Translations under genes and position numbers: made by a program
Shown here: in pieces, positions 36,675 through 46,993 of the stretch
Layout of the letters: every line of letters starts with the position of its first letter
Position numbering within the stretch: the first letter of the stretch is position 1
DNA from: a candidate division WOR-3 bacterium
GTDB taxonomy: Bacteria > Hydrothermota > Hydrothermia > Hydrothermales > JAJRUZ01
Direction of reading: 5' to 3'
NCBI GenBank assembly: GCA_039804025.1
Contig: JBDRZP010000002.1
Location: 4,704-68,703 of the forward strand
DNA: 64,000 nt
The notes under the pieces: generated by a model
Told to the model about the DNA's origin: nothing
The model's database searches: none
Seen by the model: the letters and a program-made list of their open reading frames with translations, nothing else

Positions 36675-37500
36675 GTTCTTCCTTTGTTTTCCCCTTTTCT
36701 TTAATTTTTATAAATTCTTTACCCTTTTTATATTTAAGAATTAAATTGATTTCTCCATTATCAATAAAGGCATAGGCTCCAAAAGGGACTGAACACCCTA
36801 TGGAAAGTTTTGAAAGAATTTCCCTTTCTGTTTCTACTTCAATAAAAGTTTTCTCATCATTTATTTCTTTTAAAACATCTCTGTAAATAAAATCTTTTTT
36901 AGACTCAATACATATCGCCCCCTGCCCAGGTGAAGGAGGAAATTCCTCAATATCAAGTCTTACATAAGGAACATTAAGATTTAATCTTTTTATAGCTACT
37001 TCAGATATAATTATTGCATCATATTCACCCCTTTCCCATTTTTTTATTCTTGTATCAATGTTTCCCCTTAAATCCTTGATAATTAAATCAGCTCTTTTTT
37101 CAAGTAAAAATTCCCTTCTCCTTATACTACTTGTTCCAACAACTGCTCCTTCCTTCAACTCATATATTGAACTCACATTGGAAATAATAACATCAAAGGG
37201 ACTTTCCCTTTTTAAATAACAGGAGATCTCCAAACCTTCTTCTAATCGAGTTGGGACATCCTTTGCACTGTGAACACCAATATCAATCTCTCCTTCTAAA
37301 ATTTTTCTTTCAATTTCCTTAACAAAAATACCTACTCCGCTTATTTTAAAAAGGGGTTTATCCCTTTCTCTGTCTCCTTTTGTTGTAACAGGAACAAATT
37401 CTGTTTTAAATCCCTTTTTATTTAAAATTTCCAAAACTTTTTTTGCCTGAGTAAAACTGAGCTTTGACCCTCTTGCACCAACCCTTATTACTTTATCCAA
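36640..37500 (-). CDS. hemC: Hydroxymethylbilane synthase (porphobilinogen deaminase)
   Basis: IRVGARGSKLSFTQAKKV...HSAKDVP...GAICIE, with the dipyrromethane cofactor Cys region. Confidence 0.9.
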   Translation of the reverse strand: MDKVIRVGARGSKLSFTQAKKVLEILNKKGFKTEFVPVTTKGDRERDKPLFKISGVGIFVKEIERKILEGEIDIGVHSAKDVPTRLEEGLEISCYLKRESPFDVIISNVSSIYELKEGAVVGTSSIRRREFLLEKRADLIIKDLRGNIDTRIKKWERGEYDAIIISEVAIKRLNLNVPYVRLDIEEFPPSPGQGAICIESKKDFIYRDVLKEINDEKTFIEVETEREILSKLSIGCSVPFGAYAFIDNGEINLILKYKKGKEFIKIKEKGKTKEELVKKVYEKIFS

Positions 37501-38609
37501 CTTTCTATTATCTCCTCAATATCCTTTCCACTTCTTAAAGACTTTAATATAGGGTATAAAAGGAATTTTTTAATTTTTGTCTTATCCTCAATATTACTTA
37601 TTCTCTTATCAACATAATTAAATAATTTCAAAATCTTTTCCTCCCTTATTAACCACTTTTCAAATTTTTCACTTTCCCTTTTTGCTCTGAACCTTATATA
37701 GGAAAGCATCTCCTCCTTTTCCTTAACTCTCTCTTCTATTATCTTTTTAAATTCATCTATCTGATGGAATTCAATACCTTTTATATTTTTAATTTCAGGG
37801 TCAACATTCCTCGGAAAGCCAAGATCTATTATAAGTTTTGGTCTTTCTTTACTTTTTTCTAAAAAGTCTCTATCAAGTAAATATCCATCGCTTTCTGTTG
37901 CAAATATAACAGCATCGTAATGTTTTACATAAAAAGGAAGAGTTTCCTTTGAATATAAAATTGTATCAATATTCGCATGTTCCTTTAAAAATTGTGCTCT
38001 CTCTTTACTTTTGGTAGCAACATGAAAGGGGATTCCTTCTTTTCTCAAATACATTGCAATTCCTGCTCCCATTTCACCTGTTCCAACAATTAAAATCTTT
38101 AAATCCTTTTCTTCTCCATTTAAGTCTTTTAAATACAAGGAAACAATTCTTGGTATTGAAAGGGAACCTTTTTGAATTTCCGATTCCTCCCTTATCTTTT
38201 TTGAAACAAAAATTGCTCTTTCAAAAGCCTTACCAAGGAACTTTTTTACCCATCCTTTTTTCTTTGCCTCTTCAAAAGCCCTTTTAACCTGTCCCTGAAC
38301 CTCAGGTTCACCAATTGCAGGGGAATCTGCCCCACTTGCAACAATAACAATATGCTCAAAAATATCCTTTGGTGAATCAAGTATTTCCGCGTAATTTTTA
38401 AATTCAGAGGGCAAAAATTCCTTCAGTAATTTTACCTTTTTGGATTTATCTATCCTTAAATAAAGTTCTACCCGGTAACAAGTAGCGAGTAATAATTTTT
38501 CAAAAATATAATCATTTATTTCATTGAGTTTATTTTCAAAAAATTTAAAAACTTCTTCTCTTACTTCACTGGGTGCTTTCTTGTGGGTAAATAAAATGGC
38601 AATTATCAT
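37488..38609 (-). CDS. hemA: Glutamyl-tRNA reductase
   Basis: N-terminus HKKAPSEVREEV. Catalytic Cys in LLATCYRVELY. IGEPEVQGQVK. NADPH-binding ILIVGTGEMGAGIA. Confidence 0.85.
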   Translation of the reverse strand: MIIAILFTHKKAPSEVREEVFKFFENKLNEINDYIFEKLLLATCYRVELYLRIDKSKKVKLLKEFLPSEFKNYAEILDSPKDIFEHIVIVASGADSPAIGEPEVQGQVKRAFEEAKKKGWVKKFLGKAFERAIFVSKKIREESEIQKGSLSIPRIVSLYLKDLNGEEKDLKILIVGTGEMGAGIAMYLRKEGIPFHVATKSKERAQFLKEHANIDTILYSKETLPFYVKHYDAVIFATESDGYLLDRDFLEKSKERPKLIIDLGFPRNVDPEIKNIKGIEFHQIDEFKKIIEERVKEKEEMLSYIRFRAKRESEKFEKWLIREEKILKLFNYVDKRISNIEDKTKIKKFLLYPILKSLRSGKDIEEIIESWIK

Positions 38610-38653
38610 TTTATATAGAAATTTTAAAATAAAAAGAGTTAAAATTCAAAAGA

Positions 38654-40810
38654 ATGAAAATTTTTATTGATAATAAACAATTTGAAGTTAACCCTCAAAA
38701 AACTGTCTTACAGATTTTAAAGGAAAATGGATTTGATATTCCTTATTATTGCTTTCACCCTAACTTAAGAATTACTGCTTCCTGCAGAGTCTGTATGGTA
38801 GAAGTTGAATTAAAGGGCAAAAGATTTCTTGTAACAAGCTGCTCCACCTATCCACAGGAGGAAATGAAAATCTTTCCCTATTCCGAAAAATCAAAAGAAG
38901 CAAGGGCTAATATCTTAGAATTTATGCTTATACACCACCCAATAGATTGTCCCTTATGCGAAAAAGGAGGAAAATGCGATTTACAGGATTTTACCTATAA
39001 ATTTGGAAGAAGTTTTCCTTTTTCAAATTATAAAAAGATACTGCCCCCCAAACAGAAATTAAATAGACTTTTGAGATTCTATGAAACAAGATGCATATTA
39101 TGTTACAGATGCTCAAACTTCTGGAGAGAAGAAGTTTATTCAGATGAGTGGCTATCCTTTAAAAGGGGAAAGGAAAGTTTCGTAGGACCCTTTGAAATGG
39201 AACTTAAAGACGATGTTCCTTTCTTAGGATACTTAACCCATATATGTCCTGTTGGTGCTATTCTTGATGATAAAGACTATAGGTTCGGACCAAGACCATG
39301 GGACCTTAATGAAATAGAAAGTTCCTGCTTTCTTTGTTCAACTGGGTGTGAACTTAAATTCTGGGTTAAAAATCCAAGAAGAGAAAAAGTATTAAAATCA
39401 GGAATAAAAAAGAAACCCGATAAAATATATAAGGTTATTGCAAAGGATGATTTTGAAAATCCGACAATATTCTGTGACAGAATATTTTATGGTAAGGATT
39501 TTATTTCAAATGAAAAAAGAATTTTTAAAGGACTCACCTTAGAGGAATTTAAAGATAAATTAAATGAATCATTAAAAAAATTTAGTCCTGATGAAATCTG
39601 CTTTTTTATTTCCCCAAGGGAAACAAATTCTGTTTTAAGAAGAATTAAAAGTTTCATATTAAAAAATAAAATAAAGAATATAGTAATTTTGCCTACCGAG
39701 ATCCATAGGGGTGCAGAAAAAATTCTTTCTGAGGTAAATTATTCAGATTTTGAAAATTCCTTTACACTTATTTATTACTCCCTTTTAGATTACTCACATC
39801 CTGTTATAGGATTTGAACTCTTCAGAATAATGAAAGAGGGAGAAAGAAGAAAAAAAGTAAAATTTTTCTATTTTGGAAATAGAGAAAGAAAAAATAACTA
39901 TTTTATAATTTTATCAGGTTTTGAGGATAGATTTTTCAAAAATGCAGATCTTTCATTAAAAATGGAACTTAAGAAATCCTATGAATTTCTTTTAGATCTT
40001 TTAACACTCTTTTACAAGGAAAAAGGGGAAATCCCTGAAATTAAAGATTTTAAGGTTTTAAACAAATTCTTTTTTGAAGAGGAAATTAAAAAAAGAAAAC
40101 TATTCTTTGAAGAATCTAAGGAAATTTTTGAAAAAATAAAGAAATATGAGAATTTTATTTTGGTTTTTAATGATATGTTACCACCTAAAATTCAGGTTCT
40201 CTTTTATTTATTATCAAAATTTTATGAAAAATCTAAAATTTTAAATTTAAGGAGCTCATTTAATACAGAAGGATTTTTAAGGATTTTTAATGGAATAGAG
40301 TTTAAAAGTTTAAAGGAAATAAAGGAAAAAATAGAAAAAAAGGAAATTAAGTGTCTCATTTTTTATAGAATTGAACCCTTTTATGAAATTAAAGATGAAG
40401 AATTTTTAAACTCATTAAAGGAACTAAAAGTTTTTTATATAAATTCATTAAAACCAAAAGAAGACAATAATTTTTATTCCCTTTTCATTCAAACACCCTT
40501 TGAATACGGTGGAGAATTTATCAATAATTTAGGAGAAAAAAGAAAAATAGCAAAGATTTTTGATTCACTTTTTGATGCTTATGACCCTTCAGATTTATTT
40601 GATGAGGAAGAAATCGAACTTGAAATTCCTTTTCAAAACAAATTAGACCTTACTTATTTTCTTAAAAATGACATAGAAGAAATTGAGTTTTTAGTTGAAA
40701 AACCAAACTTATGGGATATAAATCTTCTATTTTCAGAGAATATTAATAGGGATTTTGAAATTGAAAATTTAAAACCAATTGTGAAATTAAAGAGGCTATT
40801 TTATAAATAG
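38654..40810 (+). CDS. Orphan NuoG-like multi-cluster Fe-S protein (2Fe-2S + His-ligated 4Fe-4S + 4Fe-4S + Molybdop_Fe4S4 motif) with a degenerate low-complexity C-terminal domain
   Basis: Clusters: CFHPNLRITASCRVCMVEV (2Fe-2S), HHPIDCPLCEKGGKCDLQ (NuoG N3-type), RCILCYRCSNF, SSCFLCSTGCEL...FC (C-x2-C-x3-C...C). The remaining roughly 450 aa are K/E/F-rich with no recognisable molybdopterin-fold motifs. No other nuo genes are nearby. Confidence 0.55.
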   Translation: MKIFIDNKQFEVNPQKTVLQILKENGFDIPYYCFHPNLRITASCRVCMVEVELKGKRFLVTSCSTYPQEEMKIFPYSEKSKEARANILEFMLIHHPIDCPLCEKGGKCDLQDFTYKFGRSFPFSNYKKILPPKQKLNRLLRFYETRCILCYRCSNFWREEVYSDEWLSFKRGKESFVGPFEMELKDDVPFLGYLTHICPVGAILDDKDYRFGPRPWDLNEIESSCFLCSTGCELKFWVKNPRREKVLKSGIKKKPDKIYKVIAKDDFENPTIFCDRIFYGKDFISNEKRIFKGLTLEEFKDKLNESLKKFSPDEICFFISPRETNSVLRRIKSFILKNKIKNIVILPTEIHRGAEKILSEVNYSDFENSFTLIYYSLLDYSHPVIGFELFRIMKEGERRKKVKFFYFGNRERKNNYFIILSGFEDRFFKNADLSLKMELKKSYEFLLDLLTLFYKEKGEIPEIKDFKVLNKFFFEEEIKKRKLFFEESKEIFEKIKKYENFILVFNDMLPPKIQVLFYLLSKFYEKSKILNLRSSFNTEGFLRIFNGIEFKSLKEIKEKIEKKEIKCLIFYRIEPFYEIKDEEFLNSLKELKVFYINSLKPKEDNNFYSLFIQTPFEYGGEFINNLGEKRKIAKIFDSLFDAYDPSDLFDEEEIELEIPFQNKLDLTYFLKNDIEEIEFLVEKPNLWDINLLFSENINRDFEIENLKPIVKLKRLFYK

Positions 40811-40824
40811 AATTAATTTTTAAA

Positions 40825-41412
40825 ATGTTTTTTGGTGGAATTGATTTATCTAAAGGTGATAAAAATACTTCTTTGTGTTTTATTGAAGATTCAAAAAAAA
40901 TAAAAATTGTTTTTTTAAAAGATAAAATATCAGAAAAAGAAATTATAGAGGAGGTTAAAAAATATAAGCCCCTTTACATTGCAATAGATGCACCTTTTAC
41001 ATGGAGAAAAATTAAAGATAGAAAAGAGGATAAAATTTTAAGAAGATACTTCATTGAAAGAAAAATTAAAGTTCCTGGAGTATTACCCTTTTATGTTAAA
41101 AGTATGTATGAAGTATCTAAAAAGGGGAAAAGAATTTATTTAAAATTGAGGAAAATAACAGAAGTTTTAGAAACCCATCCCACTGCATCTTTAAGAGCAA
41201 TTGGATTTAAAGAAAATTATAAAAAAAATAAAAAAGAACTAAAAAAAATTTTAAATAAATTGAAAGAAAAAATAGATAACATAAGTTTAATAAAAAATCA
41301 CAACCATCTTGATTCCTTTTTCTGTGCTTTATTTTCCCTTTATTATTACAAAAAAGAAAAAATATTTTTAGCAAGAAAAAAAGTTCCTTATGGAATCATA
41401 AGAGAACTCTGA
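40825..41412 (+). CDS. Hypothetical RNase H-like fold protein (DUF429-like)
   Basis: FGGIDLS...IAIDAPF...ETHP...HLDSFFCALF spacing resembles DUF429 predicted nucleases. Weak. Confidence 0.3.
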   Translation: MFFGGIDLSKGDKNTSLCFIEDSKKIKIVFLKDKISEKEIIEEVKKYKPLYIAIDAPFTWRKIKDRKEDKILRRYFIERKIKVPGVLPFYVKSMYEVSKKGKRIYLKLRKITEVLETHPTASLRAIGFKENYKKNKKELKKILNKLKEKIDNISLIKNHNHLDSFFCALFSLYYYKKEKIFLARKKVPYGIIREL

Positions 41413-41413
41413 A

Positions 41414-42136
41414 TTATTCTGCTTCTTCTCCTGGTTTTAAAACAATAACTTCAATATTAAGTGCTGGATCAAGATTCTTTTTTAATTCTTCAGGGCTACC
41501 TGTTAAAACAGGGAAAGTCCCATAGTGCATTGGAATTACATATTTCGGTTTTAAAAGTTTACAGGCATAACTTGCATCAAAAGGATCCATAGTATAGTGA
41601 GAACCTATTGGTAAAAGGGCAAGATGGGGTTTATAAAGTTCTCCAATAATCTGCATACCTGCAAAAACACCAGTATCACCAGCATGATAAACTGTAAAAC
41701 CATTTTCAAACTTTATAACAAAACCTGATGCCAAGCCCCCAGGAATAAGTTTATCGCCTTCCTGAATTGTTGAGGAGTGTGTTGCCTCTGTTTGAATAAT
41801 CTCAATTTCTCCATCTTTAATATGACCACCTATATTCATACCAATTGCATTTTTAATACCCTTTGAGGATAGATACACTGATATCTCATGAATGGCATAG
41901 ACCTTAGCACCTGTTTTTTTAGCAATTTCTATTGTATCTCCAAGGTGGTCACCGTGAGCATGTGTTAAAAGTATAAAATCCACTTTATCATAATCCTTGG
42001 AAGGAGAAGATGGATTAGAAAGCCATGGGTCAATGAAAATCACCCTTTTATTGGGTGATATTAATTTAAAAGCAGCATGTCCGTAATACTTTATTTTTAC
42101 ACCATTAAATCTTTTCATAGTTTTATTATAAAACAA
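41414..42136 (-). CDS. MBL-fold metal-dependent hydrolase
   Basis: FILLTHAHGDHLGDT (HxHxDH), later YHAGDTGVF and IPMHYGTFP. Confidence 0.7.
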   Translation of the reverse strand: MFYNKTMKRFNGVKIKYYGHAAFKLISPNKRVIFIDPWLSNPSSPSKDYDKVDFILLTHAHGDHLGDTIEIAKKTGAKVYAIHEISVYLSSKGIKNAIGMNIGGHIKDGEIEIIQTEATHSSTIQEGDKLIPGGLASGFVIKFENGFTVYHAGDTGVFAGMQIIGELYKPHLALLPIGSHYTMDPFDASYACKLLKPKYVIPMHYGTFPVLTGSPEELKKNLDPALNIEVIVLKPGEEAE

Positions 42137-42140
42137 AATC

Positions 42141-43358
42141 TTAAAAGTTAAAAATCTTTTTAGTCCATTTTTTTATATCGTAATTTTCCCTAACAAACTT
42201 AAAAGCATTTTTTACAATATTTTCACATAAAGATTTGTTTTCAATTAATTCTATGACTTTCAAGGCAAAATCCTTTTCATCTTCTGCAATCAAAAGATGC
42301 TTTCTATTTAAAACTTTCATACCTTCTGCACCTATTTTTGTAGTTACAACAGGAGCCCCATAACTCATTGCTTCAAGTATTTTAACTTTTATTCCTGTTC
42401 CAAATCTTAAGGGAGAAACAAAAACTTTTGCTCTTTTATAAAAAACTTCAACATCAGGAACTCTTCCTATGACTTTTACATTTTTTTCCTTTTTCCATTT
42501 TTCTTCTAAATCTTTATTTATATTTGAGCCTATAATATAAAACCATACTTCAGGATGAACTTCTCTTACATAGGGAAATATTTTTTTTAAAAAATAATTA
42601 ACAGCATCAGGATTTGGGGCATAATCCATTTTACCGACAAAGAGAATATAGTTTTCTTTTTCCTCTATTTTTAAATCCTCATCAATTTTTACAAGTGGTG
42701 GTAAGATATTTACATTTTTTATTCCAATAGAATTTAGATACATTTTATCCTTTTCAGAGTTAGTTAGAACCAAATCGTAACTTTTTGTCCATTTTTTTTC
42801 ATACTTTTGCATCATTTTTATCTCATAGGACAAAATTAATTTTTTTACAAAATTATTTTTTAAAATTTTCTTTATTAAAATTGGTAAATCTTCAAGGGCT
42901 TCACCAAAGGGATTTTCTATATCTTTTATTAAACTTTTCATTTTTATGTATTTAAGGGACTGAGGGTCATCCATATTTAAAATAAGTTTTTTGTTTTTAA
43001 AATTTATATAGGGGAAAATATGAGCAATCCTTATATAATCAACAAATATTATATCAGGATTAACCTCTTTAACAAAATTTTTTATTCTTTTAAAACTTTT
43101 TGGATTTATATAAAAAACAATTTCAAAAGGATTTTTTAAAAAAGAGAAAAAAAGATTTTTAAAAAAAACAAATTTTGATAAAGGAGAGGAAAATTCTACT
43201 CTTTCAAAATAATTATCAGGAATTTCAAATTTAGGAAAGGAAAAAAGGTAAATTTTATTATTTTTCTCCTTTAATTCCTTTAAAAGTAAAAAAATTTTTT
43301 TTCTTAATCCTGAAAGAGGTGGGAAAAAAACCTGAGAGGTTATAAAAAGGATTTTCAT
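42141..43358 (-). CDS. Glycosyltransferase family 4
   Basis: C-terminal VIGRVPDVEVFYKRAKVFVSPLRFGTGIKVKILEAMSYGAPVVTT (GT4 donor-binding consensus). Confidence 0.75.
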   Translation of the reverse strand: MKILFITSQVFFPPLSGLRKKIFLLLKELKEKNNKIYLFSFPKFEIPDNYFERVEFSSPLSKFVFFKNLFFSFLKNPFEIVFYINPKSFKRIKNFVKEVNPDIIFVDYIRIAHIFPYINFKNKKLILNMDDPQSLKYIKMKSLIKDIENPFGEALEDLPILIKKILKNNFVKKLILSYEIKMMQKYEKKWTKSYDLVLTNSEKDKMYLNSIGIKNVNILPPLVKIDEDLKIEEKENYILFVGKMDYAPNPDAVNYFLKKIFPYVREVHPEVWFYIIGSNINKDLEEKWKKEKNVKVIGRVPDVEVFYKRAKVFVSPLRFGTGIKVKILEAMSYGAPVVTTKIGAEGMKVLNRKHLLIAEDEKDFALKVIELIENKSLCENIVKNAFKFVRENYDIKKWTKKIFNF

Positions 43359-43435
43359 TTAAAAAATTTTATTATTTAAATTTTAGAAAATTCCAAGTTT
43401 TTTTAAATTTTAAAAAAATTGTTTTATAATAAGAT

Positions 43436-44893
43436 ATGCTAAATGCACTGAAATTCAGAATAAACCAGATACTTTTTTTATCAAATTTTCTTTTATTTCT
43501 TCTTTTTTATTTTTTTTATATTTATCTTTTATCAGAAACACAAGTTAAAATCATTTATGTTATAAAACTTTTAATTTTTTTAATTTTTGTATTGATCCTT
43601 TTAATTGGAAATTTTTTTAAAAATTTAATTCTTTTACTTCCTTTATCACTTCTTTTTAAAGTTTCCTTTAACATAAATTATGCTATATTTCCCCAAATTT
43701 TGAAAAAGGGACTTCCAGTTATAGTTATACCATTTAAACTATTTAACATTTTTGTTTTAATATTTCTTTTTATTTTAATCCTATACCTTTTAAGTGGTGG
43801 AAGATTAAAAGAAAAAGTTCCTTTGTTTAATCTTTTACTTTTACTTTCCTTAATATTTTTCTTATCAAGTATCTGGTCAATAAAAAAAGATTACGCCGTA
43901 GTTTATTCAACACTTTTTTTTATAAACATTTTTTATTATTTTATAGGTTACTTTTATATAAAAACAGAAAGGGACTTAAAAATTTTACTTTTGATATTTT
44001 TACTCTTTATTTCCTTTAATATCTTCATATCAATATTTCAATACTTTTTACCAGGTTTTCCCTTACTTAAATTCTGGAGAATAGAGGGTGGTTTATATTA
44101 CTGGTCTCAAAGGTCAAGCGGAGTTTTTTATCACAGTAACTCTTCTGCTGCCTTTATGGTTATTTCATCTATCTTAACTTTAAGTTTTATACTTTATAGT
44201 GAAAATAAACTTGTAAGGAGATTTTTAATTTTTATTTTGTTTTTAACAATCTTCACAACTTTTTTAACCTTGTCCCGTGCTGGATACTTATCTCTATTTT
44301 TCTCTTTTTTTGTCTATTTCTTTTTCTATTTATTAAAAACAAAAAAAATAAAGAATTTATTTTTATTTTTAGTTTTATCCTTTTTATTAACTTTATCTTT
44401 TATTCTAATAATTAAAATTTTATCACCTTCAATTTACCTCAGGTTTCAATCAATTTTCTGGGGTAAAAGGGATATAAGTATATGGACAAGAACTTTATTC
44501 TGGGAAACATGTATAAAAATATTCCTTGAAAAACCCCTAACAGGTATCGGGATAGGACAGTTTGCCTTTCTTAATGTATCCCAAATACATTTACATGCTC
44601 ACAATGTTTTTTTAAATCTTTTAGCTGAAACCGGGCTACCTGGGTTTATTTTATTTTTGATTATAATTTTTAAAATCTTTAAGTTCCTTTTTAACCTCTT
44701 TTTAAAAACAGAAAAAAAGGAAATATATTTAATAACCGGACTAATTACAGGATGGATTACAATAATTTTCCAGTTAACTTTTGATTATTTCTGGTTTAAT
44801 GCTATAACAGATATGGAGATAAAATTTTTCTTTATTTTTTTGCTTTTAACCTTTTTAATTCCCAAAATCTATCTTAAAAGAACTTCTCTATAA
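43436..44893 (+). CDS. O-antigen ligase/polymerase family (Wzy_C domain) integral membrane protein
   Basis: 485 aa with at least 10 TM helices. The periplasmic-loop motif TLSRAGYLSLFF...H is typical of the WaaL/Wzy family. It lies next to Wzx and GT genes. Confidence 0.6.
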   Translation: MLNALKFRINQILFLSNFLLFLLFYFFYIYLLSETQVKIIYVIKLLIFLIFVLILLIGNFFKNLILLLPLSLLFKVSFNINYAIFPQILKKGLPVIVIPFKLFNIFVLIFLFILILYLLSGGRLKEKVPLFNLLLLLSLIFFLSSIWSIKKDYAVVYSTLFFINIFYYFIGYFYIKTERDLKILLLIFLLFISFNIFISIFQYFLPGFPLLKFWRIEGGLYYWSQRSSGVFYHSNSSAAFMVISSILTLSFILYSENKLVRRFLIFILFLTIFTTFLTLSRAGYLSLFFSFFVYFFFYLLKTKKIKNLFLFLVLSFLLTLSFILIIKILSPSIYLRFQSIFWGKRDISIWTRTLFWETCIKIFLEKPLTGIGIGQFAFLNVSQIHLHAHNVFLNLLAETGLPGFILFLIIIFKIFKFLFNLFLKTEKKEIYLITGLITGWITIIFQLTFDYFWFNAITDMEIKFFFIFLLLTFLIPKIYLKRTSL

Positions 44894-45984
44894 GTTGAAA
44901 GAATTTTCTCTCCCAATTTAATATAATCATATTTCATTAATTCTTCTTTTTGATTCTGGATTAATTTTTCTCTCAATTCTGTGTTATAGAAAATTTCAAT
45001 CATGTTTTTTTCAAGTTCCTCAATATTTTGTGGATCCACAAAAAGTGCTCCTTTTCCTGCAACTTCTGGTAAAGAGGATACATTTGATGTTATAACAGGG
45101 ACGAGAAACTTATAAGCTTCAAGAATAGGTAATCCAAACCCTTCATATAAAGATGGATAAAGGAGTGCTATAGCATTTTTGTAAAAGGCTGGTAATTCGT
45201 AGCCTTTTATATTACTAAGCCACACTACCTTATCTTTATTTTCTTCTATTTTTTTTATTAAGTCTTCTTTTTCCCAACCCTTTTGACCTATTATTAAAAG
45301 ATTTAAATCTTTAACTTTTTCACTAACTTTTAAAAAGGCTTTCAAAACATTTCTCAAATTTTTTCTTGGCTCAAGGGTTCCTATAAAAAGAAAATAAGGT
45401 TTTTTTACACCATATTTTTCAATGATACTATCATCTATCTCCACTTTTTCCGAAATAAGAAGCGATGAAAAGGAAGGAATAACTTTTATCTTATCCCCTT
45501 TTATTCTCCATAAAATCTTTAAAACCCTTTTTGTATTTTCCGAAACACTTATAATAAAACTTGCCATCCTTACACCCATTCTGAAAATGTATCTCCAGTA
45601 AAAGGTATTGTGAAAACCTAAATTTCTTTTAAATTTTAAAAAGGCAAGATCATGCACGGTAACAATATACGGAATTTTTAAATATAAGGGAAAAGCAAAA
45701 GTAGGAAAGTGCAAAAGTTTTATTTTATACTTTTTAAGATAAAAGGGTAAAAGAAAAATTTCTGTATACTGGGAAATTTTTTCAGGAATTTCTATTTCCA
45801 CAAATTTAAAATTTTTATTTTCAACATTATCAAAATATTCTCTCAATTTTTTATTAATGAACACAAAGATTTCTTCCTTTTGAACTACTTTTTCAAGAAT
45901 TTTTATAAGACTATAAAAATACTCCCAGAAGCCACCTCTTCTTGATTTTCCATGTATTGAAAGACCATTTATTCCAATTCTCAT
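44869..45984 (-). CDS. Glycosyltransferase family 4
   Basis: EGFGLPILEAYKFLVPVITSNVSSLPEVAG. Convergent 25-nt overlap with the preceding gene. Confidence 0.75.
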   Translation of the reverse strand: MRIGINGLSIHGKSRRGGFWEYFYSLIKILEKVVQKEEIFVFINKKLREYFDNVENKNFKFVEIEIPEKISQYTEIFLLPFYLKKYKIKLLHFPTFAFPLYLKIPYIVTVHDLAFLKFKRNLGFHNTFYWRYIFRMGVRMASFIISVSENTKRVLKILWRIKGDKIKVIPSFSSLLISEKVEIDDSIIEKYGVKKPYFLFIGTLEPRKNLRNVLKAFLKVSEKVKDLNLLIIGQKGWEKEDLIKKIEENKDKVVWLSNIKGYELPAFYKNAIALLYPSLYEGFGLPILEAYKFLVPVITSNVSSLPEVAGKGALFVDPQNIEELEKNMIEIFYNTELREKLIQNQKEELMKYDYIKLGEKILSTYREVLLR

Positions 45985-46009
45985 TTTGATTTATAATTAT
46001 AATTGATAA

Positions 46010-46993
46010 ATGTCTTATCAAAAAATATTATTTATTTCCTGGACACCTGATACAAAAGGCTCTCAAAGAACAAAAATTTTATCCTCTTATTTAAATTCCG
46101 ATATATTCAGATTTCCGCTTTTTACAAGAAATATTCTTCTATCACCTATTAAGTTCCCCATTCAAATTATAATAACTCTTATCTATCTTTTTAAAAAAAA
46201 ACCTGAAATTTTATTAGTTGAATTTACACAACCCTTTATAGGCCTTACCTCAATATTATATAAGAAAATTTTTAAAAAGATAACTATTATTGATTTCCAT
46301 TCAGGACCTCTCGTTTCAAAACAATGGAAAAACCTTCAATCTTTAACGTACTTTGTTTTAAAAAGGTCTGACTTAATTATAATTCATGAAAAAACTATAA
46401 TAAAAAAACTAAAATTTTTAAAAGATAAAAAATTTATAATTATTCATGATCCACCTTTAAATTTTAAAGATATTCCAGTTTTTTATAAGGAAAAGGAATA
46501 CCTTGTTTTTCCTTCTTCTGGTGGAGAGGATGAACCCTTAGAGGAACTAATTGAAAGTGCCAAATTTTTTCATGAACTTGATTTTTATATAACTGGAAAA
46601 CACAAAAAGAAATTTTTAAATGTACCCCAAAATGTAAAATTCACAGGTCTTTTATCTTTTAAGGAATTTTACTCACTTTTAAAAGGTTCTAAAGGAATAA
46701 TAGCTTTAACAAAATGGGAGAATACCCTTTTATCAGCAGGTTTTGAAGCTTTAAACCTTGAAAAACCTTTAATTGTTAGTAATAAAAGAGCTCTTAGAGA
46801 ATTTTTTAAAGAAAATGTTATTTATGTAAACAATAATCCAGATTCCATTAAAAAGGGAATTGAAAAACTTTTGGAAAATTATGATTATTACACTCAAAAA
46901 ATAAAAAATTTTAAAAAAGATTACATAAAAAGATTTGAAGGAGAAATTGAAAATCTAAAAAAAATTTTATCCTCTTTTAATAAAACTTCTTAA
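46010..46993 (+). CDS. Putative glycosyltransferase-like protein
   Basis: The C-terminal half resembles the GT1/GT4 C-domain (ALTKWENTLLSAGFEALNLEKPLIVSNKRALREFF). Weak. Confidence 0.35.
   Translation: MSYQKILFISWTPDTKGSQRTKILSSYLNSDIFRFPLFTRNILLSPIKFPIQIIITLIYLFKKKPEILLVEFTQPFIGLTSILYKKIFKKITIIDFHSGPLVSKQWKNLQSLTYFVLKRSDLIIIHEKTIIKKLKFLKDKKFIIIHDPPLNFKDIPVFYKEKEYLVFPSSGGEDEPLEELIESAKFFHELDFYITGKHKKKFLNVPQNVKFTGLLSFKEFYSLLKGSKGIIALTKWENTLLSAGFEALNLEKPLIVSNKRALREFFKENVIYVNNNPDSIKKGIEKLLENYDYYTQKIKNFKKDYIKRFEGEIENLKKILSSFNKTS

Noticed and set aside
43359-43435. Promoter call for the O-antigen-ligase-like gene (TATAAT 6 nt before the ATG, possible leaderless transcript)
   Set aside because: No acceptable -35 at 16-18 nt spacing. 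In a roughly 70% AT genome, isolated TATAAT hexamers are expected by chance.
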